NCBI RefSeq assembly: GCF_036321535.1
Contig: NC_087436.1
Coordinates: forward strand, 117,430,001-117,494,000
Source: Camelus dromedarius
Lineage: Eukaryota
DNA length: 64,000 nucleotides
Direction: 5' to 3'
A program made the translations under genes and the position numbers. The notes beneath the pieces were generated by a model. The model was not told where the DNA came from. It made no database searches and saw nothing but the letters and a program-made list of their open reading frames with translations. Below are positions 11,796 through 25,120 of the stretch, piece after piece. Each line of letters begins with the position of its first letter. Within the stretch, counting starts at the first letter, position 1.

Positions 11796-13439
11796 GGTCA
11801 GATAAAATCTACTTGCTGTTGCTTGACAGCTTAGGACACGCCGGACAACAGTACAGAAATGCTAACTGGGGACTGCTTTTATGTCAGTAAGAATCTGTCA
11901 TTCCCTAAGAGACTCAACATGTTGCTCATCTGGATGTCCTGGAAATCACAAAATTAAATATGCAAACACATGTACATTGAACAGAGCCCATGGAAGAGCC
12001 CCTGCCAACCTTAGGAGAATCCAGGTATTTCAAGGTCGTCGCAGAGGGCAAACCCCCACTTGCAGAGGGTCGGCTGGACTCTGTAACCTTCCCTCGGGCA
12101 TCACCTCCACCAGCAAGGCCCCAGCTCTGGAGGAAACCTGTGGGCCCTCAAGTTAAGAAAACAAAACGAGGGGGAGAAAACACCAGCCTTTCAAAACTGG
12201 TGACTTCATGAATCCCAGCATCAGGCTGGAAACCGGAGGAGCGATGTCAGGGGCCCACGCAGAGCTGGCCTGGAGCCCCAACACGCAGCGCCTGCTGCCG
12301 CGATGATGCTCTGGAACCCCTGCCTCTCCTTCTGGACCTGGTATTCTCAAACTTCCTCAAATAGTAGAGCACCAAGCCCTTTGGGGGTACAGCATGAAAT
12401 GTGGATAAATTAAGCAAAAAAGAACCAAGTGCTGTAAACGTTTATGCCAACTCTCACAGCGTCTAAGCCAGAACTGAGGGGTGACAAGTGCCAGGAGGCT
12501 TAAGAAATGTTATCCAGGGACACCTTAAAACTGAGAAAATTCTATTACCTTAGTTTTTTCCTAAAACCGAGAAGAGAGATTGCTGCTTCAATTTTAGCTA
12601 TAACATACCTCTCTGTTCAGGATAAAATAGGTGGGAGCAGGCCCGGCCTATAACGTTACCATCAGTGTCCTGATGTAAACCTGATGCCAGATCCCAAGAG
12701 CAGTGCTCGCAGAAATGACCCACTGGGACGGTCTTTACAGCTACCTTTGATCCCCGGTGGGGAAATGTAAGGTACAGACTACCACAAGCCTCCGACAGAA
12801 GGCGCCCGAGGTCACCAGGCAGGCAGAGCAGCAAAGGTCAGCTTTCAGCAGTTCACAATACCTGCTCTGTGGCCAGACAAAGGCCTGACCTTCCCAGCGA
12901 TGTCTGACCTTTCAACCCTGACAAACATATGTATTTACTCAGCAATTACAATTTAAGCTACTAAAGGGGCAGTTTAATCACTTATATCGAAGGGAATAAA
13001 TTAAAGTTTCCCTGGATCCCATAACAAAAAAAAAAAAAAAAAAGCTAAACTAGCCTTTGCACTCAAAACAAAGAAATGTCTCTTTCCACCAGTGCCTATA
13101 GCTGTCTCAGAAATCCTCATTGTTTGTAACCTAGGCAGACGGTTAGAAGGACTGTTCGGCCCCAAATTGCAGAAGGTGAAAAATCTAAAATCTCAGAGGA
13201 CGGTGGTTGCATACCTAAGAAGATGTCATTCTTTAAGCTGAGGGGAAATTACTGTTCTGATTTATTTTTCACATCATTCAAGACTGAAATCTGCTGTGAA
13301 AACTTGGAGATACCATTTTCCAGTTTGATCATAGTAGTCACCCCCAGGGATTCCACTTGACAGCATTGAATTAAACTGCTATTTTGGGGAGCTAGATACT
13401 GAGCTAGAAATTTGAGGCATTCAATTTCAGTGCATTTGG

Positions 13440-13995
13440 GGGCAAAATAAACTCATGTCCCCTCTTACACTGAGGGTGGCAGTGTAAACTGGTAAGAGCA
13501 CCCTGGAAAACCATCTGGCTGTATCTGTTAAAGCTGAAATACAGCTGATGACTCAGTAGTTCCACTCCCAGGCATGCACTCAGCAGAAATGAGAAAGCGT
13601 AGGTACCAGGGGATATGCAGATGTCAATTCCATGAGCATCCAGCCCCGCCAGGAAGTGTGAACATCTCACCGACAGCAGGATGGATGAACACTGTAATAA
13701 TAAAGTCTGCACGAACGCCTGTTACAGAGCAACATGGATGAATCCCATGGCATCTCAAGTGAAAGAAGCCAGACACCAAAGAGTACATGTTCTATGATTC
13801 CATTTACATGAAATTTAAAACCAGGCTAAACCAACCCAGAAGTAAGGATATGATCACTCTTGGGCTAAATAGTCTATTTCTTTGATTTGGGTAGCAACAG
13901 CCTAAGTTTGTGCACTTTGTGGAATTCTTTGTGCTGCCCATGTAGGTTTTTATGTCTCTATGAGTATATACTCCAATAGAAAGTTTAGCTCAAAA
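13440..13995 (+). mobile_element. Old L1 (L1MC/ME-like) 3' fragment
   Basis: tccactcccaggcatgcactcagcagaaatg...gcaacatggatgaatc...aagtgaaagaagccagacacc...tatgattccatttacatgaaa. Confidence 0.7.
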
Positions 13996-16510
13996 AAAGG
14001 CCGGGCAGTTTTATGACTGTATCTGTATCTTGAAACTTGGTTACAGATAGATACATACTCAGTATCACACGGTGAGGATCACACGGCGAGGCGATGATAC
14101 TGGAAACTAGAGTAGCACTTCAGAATTAAAGTGGATTTCTTCATTAAAACGTGCTGCCTGGTTTGGCCACTGTGGTTCCTCAGGTCCAGTCACTTGGAGA
14201 GCCGCGTTCTGGAAAAAGCATTGTGCCTGGAGGATGGGGCCTCTCTCGGGGCTGTGCCTCAGAAATCAATGTTAGACACTGCTGTCTGGGCCAACTTCAT
14301 GCACTTGAAATAGTTTCAGATACTTAACTATGTGCCAGACACCCAGTTTTCAATATCTTAATTTCACTCTCTCCACCCTAGGAAGCAGTATGATAGATAA
14401 AAACCCTGAGGTGCAGGGAGGCTGCATAATCTGTCCTTGGTTAATAATATAAAGTCGGACTGGATGTCAGGTCTCATTCCAGTGCAGGGAGCCCCGTTTA
14501 AAGTTTATCGCCTCCCACTGCCTCCCACGTGGGTGGGAGTGGAAGTCGGGGTGAAAGGGGTTGTGGCAGGAATAAGAGAAAGATGACCCACTACAGCAAG
14601 TAGTAAGTACCGTTCACCGGAGCCAAGTAATAACCTAACGCCCCCACCCCCACCCCAGGCGGAAGGACTCATTCCTTCCGGGGGAGCCGTTCACCCCCAG
14701 GACATCTACTGTGCTTGCCTCCAGCTTGTCTGTCTCCCTGTTCCTACAGATGGGGGAGAGCCGGGCCCAGGTGGGCACTCTGGAATTATCTCATGAGTCT
14801 CTGTGACTTACAAGGGTTTCAACAAGAGGCTTAGAGCAGAATTGCAGGCCCTGACGGTACCAGAGGGTTCAGGTCCAAGCATACGTTTGTGAGGAAAAGC
14901 AAAAAACAATGAGCACAAATTCCCAGCAGAATCTCAAGATGTGAAATCCCACTACATGCTTACGATCAATCATTCCTCTCCTGAAGGTGAAAGGGGCAAG
15001 GCTCTCCCGCGTACCAACTCTTCTGCCAAAATCCAGCTTACTGAGAGAGAGCAGGATTAACTACACAGCTGCCCTCCCGCCCATGTGTAATTCAGGAATC
15101 CATATAAAGTAACACTTCTGCACCTACTAAGGGAAACGCAATACGGTCTCCCCGGCTCACTAAATAGAAAAAGAAGCTTGGAAGACCTATTTTACACACT
15201 GAAGACTTAATTAGAAGAAATAAAGGCTGAATATATGCTGAGATCCAGTAACCACAAAGTACTGGTAAGTATCAATGCCGTCTCTCATCTCAGACGAGTG
15301 TAATAACAGATCTCTGATTTCCTTCCACAGGGAAGAAGTTACAGTCTTCGTGCTACGGTGTCATGGCTCTGTAGCCAGGTAAAAGTTAACAGTATACAAT
15401 TATCTACTTTGTGCTGGAGACCAGGTTCATCATTGAGACAAAAAACAAAATAAAACCCCCCAAAACCAAAAACACACACACAAAACCAAAAAAACAGCTA
15501 GAAAGTTCTGTTTTCATGGTGGAATAAAGAACGAAGATACACTATCAATGCTTTCACTGATGCAGATGAATTGAACAGAACAACTGATCTCTTAAAGCTT
15601 TCCTTATTCAACTGCAACAGTGCATCTAAAAGTAAACAAATCTATACCGAAGGCTGCTTCTGTTTTTTTCCCCCTAGAAATTAATTTTGGAAAAGAGAGG
15701 CAATTACAGGCTACTTAGATATTATCAAAGTAAATTGTTTTAATAGGACCTGGTCAGCTCAAGGTTTAACTGAAAGAAAAATGACATGTTTAGAAGGATT
15801 ACATGAGAACTTCTCAAGGCTCTTCATAAAAACCTGCAGACCTGTCACAGTGCTATTCATCTTGACTTTAATAGCTTATTCTGATAAACACCCTGTGTGG
15901 TGGGTTTAAACAGAGAACTAGGAACAGGGTCCTTGAAAGCCTCTTTTCTTAGAGGGGTTGTCTTACTTCACCCCAAGGTAACAAGGCACTTGTGCCTGCC
16001 TGAAGAAAAATTAACCTGGGGAAACTTGAGTGGTTTTTAACCTTCCTCCACCTACGTGCCCCTGCCATCAGCTGCTTGAATTCTTAGACTTCTGCACCTG
16101 CCCGGGTCTGGCGGTCCACCTGATCAGAGGAGCAGCAGCCGAGGTCACTCCTGCTTGGCCTCCCTTTCACTGTTCTGAGCCTCAGTTTCCTCATCAGACC
16201 ACAAAACGCCTCGTGTGTCTGACTTTAAAGAGGACCCCAGCGTGCAACAGTCACACACACATCTTTTGGTGGGCAGAACGCAGCCCATCTTCTCCCCAGT
16301 CCTGTTTGTAAGCAGCATCATGGAAAATGGCCGGTGCAAATACCTGGAATGTCAGAAAAGGCATCAAAAAAAAAAAAAAGGAAGGAAAGAAGGAAGGACT
16401 TCTGCTTTAAAAAAATAAACCTAATTACCTCCCCCACAAAAAATAAAAATTCTTTTTTAAAGTACAAAATTCTCACTGCCACGAATTTAGAACTTGGGAT
16501 GAGAATATAT

Positions 16511-16516
16511 TTTATT
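16511..16516 (-). terminator. LYAR: LYAR polyadenylation signal AATAAA
   Basis: tttatt on the plus strand, about 160 nt downstream of the LYAR stop, in an AT-rich 3' UTR. Confidence 0.7.
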
Positions 16517-16673
16517 TTTTTATATAAGGTCTACTGAAAAATATATTTTTCTTAACTTAAAAATACAGCTTTGGAAAGCAAAATTTGAGTTGTTATAATT
16601 CATTGCATGTTTACAAACAGTGGTAAAAGGAAAAAATCAACAGAGTGGATCCAATTTTTCAATATAAAAATGT

Positions 16674-16808
16674 TCATTTTAAAAGCTTGATCTTGTCCTT
16701 CAATAACTTAAAGGTGGGGTTCTTGCTGACTTTCTTGTTGAAGATGACCAGGAGTTCCTCTTCAGACTTGTGATGTTCATCTGTCACAGCATAATACTGG
16801 GCTAGAAC
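16674..16808 (-). CDS. LYAR: LYAR last coding exon (coding exon 8)
   Basis: Acceptor ttctctgcgaag|; encodes VLAQYYAVTDEHHKSEEELLVIFNKKVSKNPTFKLLKDKIKLLK* with TGA at 16676-16674; 135 nt. Confidence 0.96.
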   Translation of the reverse strand, partial: VLAQYYAVTDEHHKSEEELLVIFNKKVSKNPTFKLLKDKIKLLK

Positions 16809-17300
16809 CTTCGCAGAGAAAAACAACTGTCAAATGGGTGTCTTTGTCCTGAAAATTTACCTAATATGTCCTTTCTTTGACCCAGAATAAGGCCAACAGT
16901 GACACATGGAGGGACGCAGGGGCCGGTTACACAGTGTGTCCTGCTTGTGACAATTCATGTAGCTGCCCATGTGTGAGTACTTGGCTACACGAGTCTGACA
17001 CCAACAAAAAGTTAAAAGGAGAAAGAAAACACTGTTCTGGAATAATCAAAAGGCAGCACCATATCTGGAGCAGTGATCCGCAATCTGATCTGGGCACCGG
17101 TCGGGCAGAGGAGGTGCTGGCGGGCTCCGGCCCCATTCCCTCTGCACACGCCCGAGGCCGACAGGAGCAGCTCGAGAGCCGCTGAGACACGTACACGCTC
17201 CGTTACAGTATTTTAGATTTAGAAAAGCAGAACAAAGCTGTACATCTTAAAGCAAAGAGCTGAGCCACCCCAGCTTATAGGCTGGGTTCCTGCTCCATAC

Positions 17301-17386
17301 CTTTTTCCTTAGCTTTTTGATTGTCATTTCGTTGTCGGGGGCTTGCTTCAGAACCGCTTTAATAGTTCCCTTCCAGTTGAATTTAC
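17301..17386 (-). CDS. LYAR: LYAR coding exon 7
   Basis: ttgtag|...|gtatgg; 86 nt; encodes (G)KFNWKGTIKAVLKQAPDNEMTIKKLRKK. Confidence 0.96.
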
Positions 17387-17799
17387 CTACAACATACAGA
17401 ATGACACATAAAGCACTGCGTTTTGTTGCACTACCAGCGCATCTGCTTGCTACCCTGCGAGTGAACTAACCCTGACCGATCAGGATACCACTGTGCTGGT
17501 GGCAGGCACCTGCCCCGAGAAGCGCTGAGTGCTGTTCACAGCACCCGGTCTCAGAGTGAGCAGGATAATGAAGTGCCACCGTCCTACAAACCCCTGTGAA
17601 AGGAGGGGAGTTGTATCTAGTGAACTCAAGATTCACTAAGGACCCACTAAGATCACGGGGCTGTCTAAGCACAGCAAGTAAGACAGAGATGAGCAAAAGC
17701 AGCTTAGCCTTGCATGAGAGGGGACAGGACAAAAAATTACTGCACAGCAGGCTCAAAGACTCATCTAGGGAACTTCTGCTTCTGGGAAGATGAAGACTC

Positions 17800-19510
17800 G
17801 TATGCTAAAGACACATAATGCTGATGAAAGAAATCAAAGAAGCTTTACATAGAAAGACATGCCATGTTCGTGGATTAGAAGACTCAACACAATAAAGTTG
17901 TCAATACTCCCCGGATTGATATACAGGTATAACACAATTCCTATATAACTCACAGCAAGACTTTTTATAGATATAGGCGAGATTATTCTAAAACTTCTAA
18001 TGTTGGGTTGGGAGTTCAGGATTTGCAAGCACACATTACTGTATATAAAATAGATAAACAATAAGGTCCTAACTGTATAGCACAGGGAAACATATTCAAT
18101 ATCTTGTAATAGGTGAATATGAAAAGGGAAAAAAAAAAAAATATATATATATATATATAAAACTGAATCACTATGCTGTACACCAGAAACTAACACATTG
18201 TAAATCAACTATACTTCAATAAAAAGTAAATAAATAAAAAAAGTAAAACTTCTAATTTTGAAAAAGACTAAATTGAGAGGAATAAGACAATACTTCCACT
18301 ATAGCTACTGTAGTCAAGAATGTGTGGTCCTGGTGGAGGGGCAGATATACAAACCCCTGAAATCCAGGATAGCCCTGCACAATTATGCCCAACTGATATT
18401 TGGCAAAGGTACAAAAGCAATTCACTGAGGGAAAAGCTTTTTCAACAAATAGCGTAAAACAGTTGGACACCGATAAGCAAAAAAAAAAAAGCAGAAACAA
18501 AACCAAAAAACCTTGAACCAAGTCTCCTATGTCATATAAAAATTAACTCAAAATGGATCATGGACTTGCGTGTAAAATCTAACTATAAAATTCAGGGGGA
18601 AAAAAAACAGAAAAAAAAAAAAATCTCTGGGATTTAGGCCTGGCAAAGAGTTCCTGACATCAAAAGTACTAAAGGAAAAATTGATAAATGAGACTTCATC
18701 AAAGTTAAAAATTTTTGTTCTACATAAAGATCCTGTTAGAGGATAAAAAGATAAGCTACAGACTGAAAAAACAAAACAAAACACAACTTTGCAAACCACA
18801 CATCCCACAAAGGACTAGTATTCAGAATATATAAAGAACTCTCAAATCTCAACAGTTAAAGAAAAAAAATCAAACAATCCAATTAGAAAATGGGCAAAGG
18901 ACAAGAACTGACCTTTCAATGAAGAGGCAGACAGATGGCAAATAACTACAGGAGGAGCTATTCAGCCTCATTAGGGACATGCAAATTAAAAGCACGACGA
19001 GCTGTTACTACATACCTATCAGAGGGGCTAAAATAAAAACAGTACCACCACCAAATGTTGGCCAGGGTGTGGGGAAACTGGACTCCTCACGTGTTGCTGG
19101 TGGGAATATAAAATGGTCAAGCCACTCTTGAAAAAGCTGGCAGTTTCTTAAAAAACTACACATGCAATTACCATACTAGATGGCCACTGCACTCCTGAAC
19201 ATTTATTCCAGAAAACACGACATGTGTTAACAGGCAAACCTGTACATGAATGTTTTTAGCAGCTTGACGCATGATAACCATGAACTGGAAATAACCCAGA
19301 TGTTCTCCAATAGCTGAGTGGATAAACAAGCCATGGTCCCCCCCCCCCCCCCCCCAGCACAGAGGACCGCTCCCAGTGAAAAGGAACGGATCGTGGACGA
19401 CATGTCGGCGGGGATGAAGCTCCCATGAATAACGCTGAGTGAAAAAAGCCCACCTCAACAGGTTGCGTACTAAACGATGCCCATTTATGTAACATTCTGA
19501 AATTATAAAC
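17800..19510 (+). mobile_element. Old L1 (L1MB-like) ORF2 3' part and 3' UTR, interrupted by a younger L1 3' end
   Basis: ccatgttcgtggattagaagactcaacac...aaaggtacaaaagcaattca...attaactcaaaatggatcatggac...ttagaaaatgggcaaagg...ataacccagatgttc are degenerate L1 ORF2 and 3' UTR sequences. Confidence 0.85.
18002..18243 (+). mobile_element. 5'-truncated artiodactyl-type L1 3' end nested in the older L1
   Basis: gtatataaaatagataaacaataaggtcc...aactatacttcaataaaa plus A tail. 13-bp TSD taaaacttctaat at 17989-18001 and 18244-18256. Confidence 0.85.
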
Positions 19511-20052
19511 TGAGTCCTGGGGCCTGTCCTAACAGGCAGGACCCGAGGGAGTGCCTCAGGCCTGTGGAGCAGCAGGAACTGCTCTGTGGAGGAGGCGTAT
19601 TTGAGAAGAACCTTGAAGGCCAAGGGCTGCGTGCTGACAAGAAGGGAGCAGGGTGGCCGTGGAGCTCCAAGCAATGGGGCACCAGGGACAGACCCAGAGA
19701 TGGAACAGGGTACAGCCAAGCCAGCCGGGCTGGACCGCAGGGTACTTCTAGGAGAGTAATGAGAGGCAGGAATAAAGGAAGCAGAAGAGGAACAGGGGCT
19801 AAGAAAGCCTACTGGGTTTATTTTAAGCTGTGAAGATTGTCTATGTTTCCAACCCCCTCTGCCTTTCATTTTCTCCTTAAAGCTGGGCAGACACTGCACG
19901 ACTGACTGACAGCTCTCATGCCTTACTCTGGAGTCACACCCTGGAGAACTCATTTTGCTTTCAAATCCTTCCACCGGACTACCCGCCCCCCAGCTCTCCT
20001 CCTCCTCCTGCAGCCTTAAGAGGACAGAGCTTCCAAACGCTGGCATCCTTAC

Positions 20053-20139
20053 CTTTTGCAGGAGTCTCATGGTTTTCCGGTTCTCCACCCTCAGAATGTT
20101 CTGGGAGCTTAATCTTTTTCTTCTTTGAATCTGCTTCAA
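20053..20139 (-). CDS. LYAR: LYAR coding exon 6
   Basis: ttacttag|...|gtaagg; 87 nt; encodes (V)EADSKKKKIKLPEHSEGGEPENHETPAK. Confidence 0.95.
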
Positions 20140-20489
20140 CTAAGTAATTAGAACAATTGAAGGAGAAAAAAAAAGAAGATTTCCTATTTATAACAGCAGC
20201 TCCACTTAATGAGAGGCTTACCCGGCCAGGCCCCTTCCCATCCATCACCGTGTTCACTCCCCAGGCACCCCATCTCCAATTCTCCTCCCCCTACCCCGGG
20301 CAAATGGCAAACTGGGGAGTTGAGAGGTGCTCTCATCTGCCCGCATGAAGCCCAGGTAAGCCTGCTCCCAAAGCTTACACTTTTTGCCCTACTTGGTTCA
20401 AAATGCAAGGTCTCAGAGACTTTATGTAACTGAAATACACAGCTTAAAAGTTCTCAGACAAAAGCCTGGAGCCTCAGGGAGCCACATAC

Positions 20490-20919
20490 CTTCCGAATGC
20501 TTCCGCTTTCTCTTCCCTGGACTGGTTTGCGGCGACCCGGCCTCCGCAGCTCCATCCACAGCCCCGGGCCGGGCGCGCTCTGCCTTGCTCCCCTTCCTCT
20601 GCTGCTTCTTCCCCGTGGGGCTGGTGGCCTCGGTGGTATCCCCACCTTTGGCCTCCTGCTCGGCCTCCTGTCCCGCTTTGCGCTTTTTAGGCTTCTGACT
20701 TTTTGAATTCTCCTGGTGGTTTTCCAGTTTTAGTTCTTTCTTTTCTTTTTTTCTCTTCTTCTGCCGTTCCTCCTTCCTTTCTCTCTTATTCTTCTTGGCC
20801 TCAGCTGGCTCTGCCATGCTCTCATTTGCTTGGGACGATGGAACGTTGGTGGCATTTTCCCCATGTGGCCTGGCCACATGCTCCAGTGGCTGCTGATCTG
20901 GCTTCTTCCCGACTGGTTC
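20490..20919 (-). CDS. LYAR: LYAR coding exon 5 (basic, lysine-rich region)
   Basis: Acceptor ttttgcttaataacaag| and donor |gtatgt; 430 nt. Encodes EPVGKKPDQQ...KKNKRERKEERQKKRKKEKKELKLENHQENSKSQKPKKRK...GKRKRKHSE (ORF 20422-20973). Confidence 0.93.
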
Positions 20920-23383
20920 CTTGTTATTAAGCAAAACCAGAAACACATAAATACTCATTCCAGACACATTCATTCACATCACTGCATGTATCCTGTGATA
21001 AAGTCTAACAAAACTGTTATTACTTACCATGTTACATCTGTGATAACCCGCCATAGTTAACATACAGCAGTAAATAGACAGATTGGCAAAAACGACCCCC
21101 AGCCCACACCCCTCTTTGCATTTAACAGATATTTTCATTCCACTGGCAAAGTGAAGAATTCCTCTGTCACTTAAAAGCCAGACCTTTTGTTCTGGCTCAT
21201 GGTTCGCCTTTTAAGTTAGAAGATGAGCAGGCAGATATGGCAGAAACCACCAGATTTATGCACCTGCAGACCTGGGTTCAAGTTCCAGCTCTGTTCATTA
21301 CTAGCCAGGTAACTCAGGGCAAGTTATTTATCTGCTCCGCACCTCTTGCCGCGTCTGTAAACCGAAAGCTGGTCAGACCTACCTCACACTGTGCACATAT
21401 GAGTAAAAGGGAAGGGCTCCATCACATGCTTAGAGCAGCGGGTACTCAGTGAAGCGGCCAGGTGTGCGGCAAGAGTTCTGTAAACAACTGAGTACCAGAC
21501 AGAGGTGCTGTCCTCATCACCACTGCTCAGATTAATGGTTACCCCGCGAGGAATAGTCAGGGACACCTGGATGGCGTGCGAAGAATGGTGAGTGAGGAAC
21601 CACAGGAAACTAAGTACCCACCTGCACTGGGAAAAGATAAACTTCCCATTTACCGCACCACTTTATTCAAACCCATGCAGAGATTATTTTAAAAAATGAC
21701 TTTGGCCAGCTGGCCACACCGCCTGCTGTGCTCCGATCTAAATATGCTGCCGTCCCTACACCTGCCCCTGCTCTAAAGCAGATGGGGAGCAATTCACTGA
21801 ACTGCTCCGTGAGCCCGGATGCCCCTGGAGGGCCAGGGGGACAGTCAGGGCCAGGGGCTCCCGGGCTGCTTCAGGGGTGGTGCAGACTGCTGGACTTACG
21901 GTCAGAGGCCTGGGCCCAAGTTCCATCTCTGTTAGTTACCCGCCAGGGGACAGACACCAGTCACTGCAGTCCTCCTCCTTTGGGAGACAAGACCACAAGG
22001 AGGGAACGCCTGCTCCCCAAGTTGGACCAAATAAAGGACAACTGGCTTCCACTCAAGTGTGAGAACTCTACCAAGCTCCCGCCTCACGGCAAAGCCATGA
22101 CGCCGCATCTCACAGAGCTCGGCACCTACCACGAGCTGCTTACTGGTGATTTTACTGAGTTCTTAGTATGTCCACAGTTTCAAAAGGGCAATTGGAAAAC
22201 ATCTTTTTTTTTAACTCTGCAACTGAACTAAGTAATTTTAAACTTTTGATTTTAGTTAAAATAATGTAAATAACCTTTACAAAATAGGTGCCACATAAAT
22301 GCCAATTAAATGATTGGTTATAACGTTTCAGAGGCCCAATGTGTATGTTTGGAGACAAGTATTAGATATACTGCCAAAATAAGGTTTCATTTTTATCCCA
22401 ATTTGCTGCCCAAACTATTCTCTTTATATAAAGCAGATCAACTGCTGACAACATGACTAAAGACCAGTCAGACCTCACTGGGTTTTTTTGAAACTACTAA
22501 TGACACAGGTCTCCCAATGGGATATAATCTCCAAGTCAGAGCGAAGTGCAACTGAATCAGCGAGAAAAAATGTTTAATGAACAATGTAACCAACAATATG
22601 GCTACGAAATATAAACTAGGATTTTCTGCCTGTATATTTCACACCTGGGGACTCTGATCAAAACATACTGACTGATGGTGGTTGCCTGATTTGCTCCGAC
22701 AACTTCTCCCTCCGCCAGAAGGAAGGCGATGAATGAGAGGAACACTTAACAAGTGCCCACTAACTGCTGGGCATGCCATGGGATGCTGGCACACCCTCAT
22801 CTACGTTAATACTACATGTAAGGAGGGGCCTTCGCGACCCCCTTGCCCCACACCTAAAATAACACCCAGCCAGCCTCTGTGTCCTCACCCTGTTTATTTT
22901 TCTCCAAGGCACTATCACCGTCTGAGATATTTTATATTTTTTGTTCCAGGCCTGACACCCATCAGGCACTCAGGAGGTCCTGAGTATAACTATCCACTTT
23001 TCCTCAAGATAAGGAAACTATGCTCAGGGAAGTTAAATAACATGCCCAAGAGCAAATATGCGGCAAACAGCACAGCAGGGCTTCAGACCAGGTCTGTCAG
23101 AAGCCCCAGTCCTCCTGTGGGTCCCAGTGCAGCATGCTGCCTGATTTCTAAGCAAATCGTTTTGTGTTAGCTGTACCACTATCAAATGTTGGGATTAAAT
23201 ACCTTTCTCTGCACAATAAGGAAATCTCTGCAGTGCATTCAGTTTATTCCTTCCCATTAATGAAGGCACAAAGAGGTTCTCTGAAAAAGAAGGCTGTCTT
23301 GACCTCCAAAAATAAGACATTCCCATTTCTTTGTCACTAATCATCTTTGCCGCATTATCAACCTAGAATTAGATCTGACTTAC

Positions 23384-23467
23384 ATTGCTGGAAGCTTCAG
23401 AAAAGATATTCCACACCTGCTCCAGGATAGATTCATTATGAACTTTTAAACTGTTCTTCATCCAATT
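23384..23467 (-). CDS. LYAR: LYAR coding exon 4
   Basis: ttccttacag|...|gtaagt; 84 nt; encodes NWMKNSLKVHNESILEQVWNIFSEASSN. Confidence 0.97.
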
Positions 23468-23583
23468 CTGTAAGGAAAAAAAAAGACAAAACCCCACTTA
23501 GCCCATATTTTGACAGGTGCACACAGGCTGTCACTGATGGGGCCACTGCCCCTCCATTCAAGGAAGTCCTATCAAATACGTAC

Positions 23584-23691
23584 CTGAAATTTCGCCTTTT
23601 TCCTGGGAACGTTGTCAAAACCACTAATTTGCTCTAAAAGTTCCCTCACTTTGGGGCTGACACTGGGTCTTTTTATTAATTCATTAATTTT
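23584..23691 (-). CDS. LYAR: LYAR coding exon 3
   Basis: tttttgtag|...|gtacgt; 108 nt; encodes KINELIKRPSVSPKVRELLEQISGFDNVPRKKAKFQ. Confidence 0.97.
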
Positions 23692-23824
23692 CTACAAAAA
23701 AGGAAGATAAAATGAAAACAATTCACAACTGACATATATTTCATGAAAGCCAAACTAGAGGGTTCACATTTCCAGTCCAGATTTTGTACTGACATCTATG
23801 CAGTGCATTCAACAAAGTTCAGAG

Positions 23825-24390
23825 TGAGGCCAGAAAGTCAAGAAAGAAAAGGCATCCACATTGGAAAGGAAGAAGTAAGATTATCTCTGTCCATAGACAA
23901 CATGGTCTTCTATGTCAAATCCAAAAGACTCCACAAAAATAATCTTCAGAACCAATAAAAAAAATTCAGCAGTTATAGGATACAAAATTAACACTTCAAA
24001 ATCAAGTTGCATTTTATACACTAATAATGAACAAATCAAAAAGGAAATTAAGAAAACAATTCCATTTATAAACTATCAAAAAGAATAAAATACTTAGGAA
24101 TAAACTTAACCAAGGAGGTGAAAGACTTTTACTGAAAACTATAAACACTACTGAAAAAAATTAAAAAGACACAAATAAATGGAGAGATGTCCAAGGTCCA
24201 TGAATTGGGAGGCAATATTATTAAGATGCCAGTACAACCCATCTCTGTCAAAAGATGACAACGTTCTGGAGACGGACGGTGGTGGCGGCTGCACAGCATT
24301 GTGTATGTACTTAGTTGTATATACTTAAAAATGGGTAAAATGGTAAACTTTATGTTGTATAATTTACCACAATTTTTAAAAACTGAAAGA
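23825..24390 (+). mobile_element. Old L1 fragments (ORF2 RT region joined to a 3' end)
   Basis: aaaaggcatccacattggaaaggaagaagta...ggatacaaaattaac...aaatacttaggaataaacttaaccaaggaggtgaaagac, then cttaaaaatgggtaaaatggtaaactttatgttg. Confidence 0.8.
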
Positions 24391-24819
24391 AAAAACTATC
24401 AACAAACTAAAAATGGTTTTTAAAAAAACAGACAAAAATGGATATCATAGGGCCTAGGAAATAAATCAAAGACCAAGACAACAAAATTAAGATCTATAAA
24501 TAAATATGAAATAGCAAGAACAGAGATGGAAATTTTAAAAGTGATCCAGAGAAAGTGCTTCTGGCAGTCACACTGAAGGCAGAGGAAAAGGTTACTAAAG
24601 TCTGGGAGATGACAGTACATAAGAAACATGGTCACTTCTGAGCCAAGAGGACAACGATGCAGCTAAACAAACATAATGCAGGAAAATGTCCCTGCACGAG
24701 GAAAGAACGGAAGCTACACAGAGACAGGCCAGGCAAAACTGATACAGGGTACCAAGGAGGGGCCAAGGCAAAGCTTCCCAGGCACCCAGGCAGAAAAACA
24801 GATCAAGAAGACGAGCAGA

Positions 24820-24882
24820 GGTCCCAGTTTCAATCCCCAGGACCTCCATGAAAAACCTAATTACCACCCCCTCAAAAAAAAA
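24820..24882 (+). mobile_element. 5'-truncated camelid SINE (Vic-1-like)
   Basis: ggtcccagtttcaatccccaggacctccatgaaaaacctaattaccaccccctcaaaaaaaaa matches the 3' half of the other SINE copies in this window. Confidence 0.7.
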
Positions 24883-24884
24883 GT

Positions 24885-25120
24885 AGGGAGGAGGAGAAGG
24901 AAGAAGAGGAAGGAGAAGGAGGAGGAGGAGGAGAAGAAGGGGAAGAAGGAGAAGAAGAGGAAGAGGAGGAAGAGGAAGAAGAGGAGGAAGAGGAGGAGGA
25001 GGGGAAGGAGAAGGGGAAGAAGAAGAGGAAGAAGGAGAAGAAGAAGAAGGAGGAGGAAGGAGGAGGGGAAGAGGAAGGAGGAGGAGGAGGAGGAGGAGAA
25101 GGAGGAGGAGGAGAAGAAAC
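24885..25120. repeat. Polypurine (GGA/GAA)n low-complexity tract, about 235 bp
   Basis: Uninterrupted A/G sequence built from GAG/GAA triplets. Confidence 0.95.

Noticed and set aside
14060..14102. Short hairpin (cagtatca/tgatactg) enclosing a duplicated atcacacgg(t/c)gagg
   Set aside because: An 8-bp stem and a 14-bp duplication are expected by chance or slippage; no ncRNA box motifs
19168..20139. 323-aa minus-strand ORF
   Set aside because: Starts at a non-ATG codon, out of frame with a LYAR exon, then runs through intron and antisense L1 sequence; no coding signature
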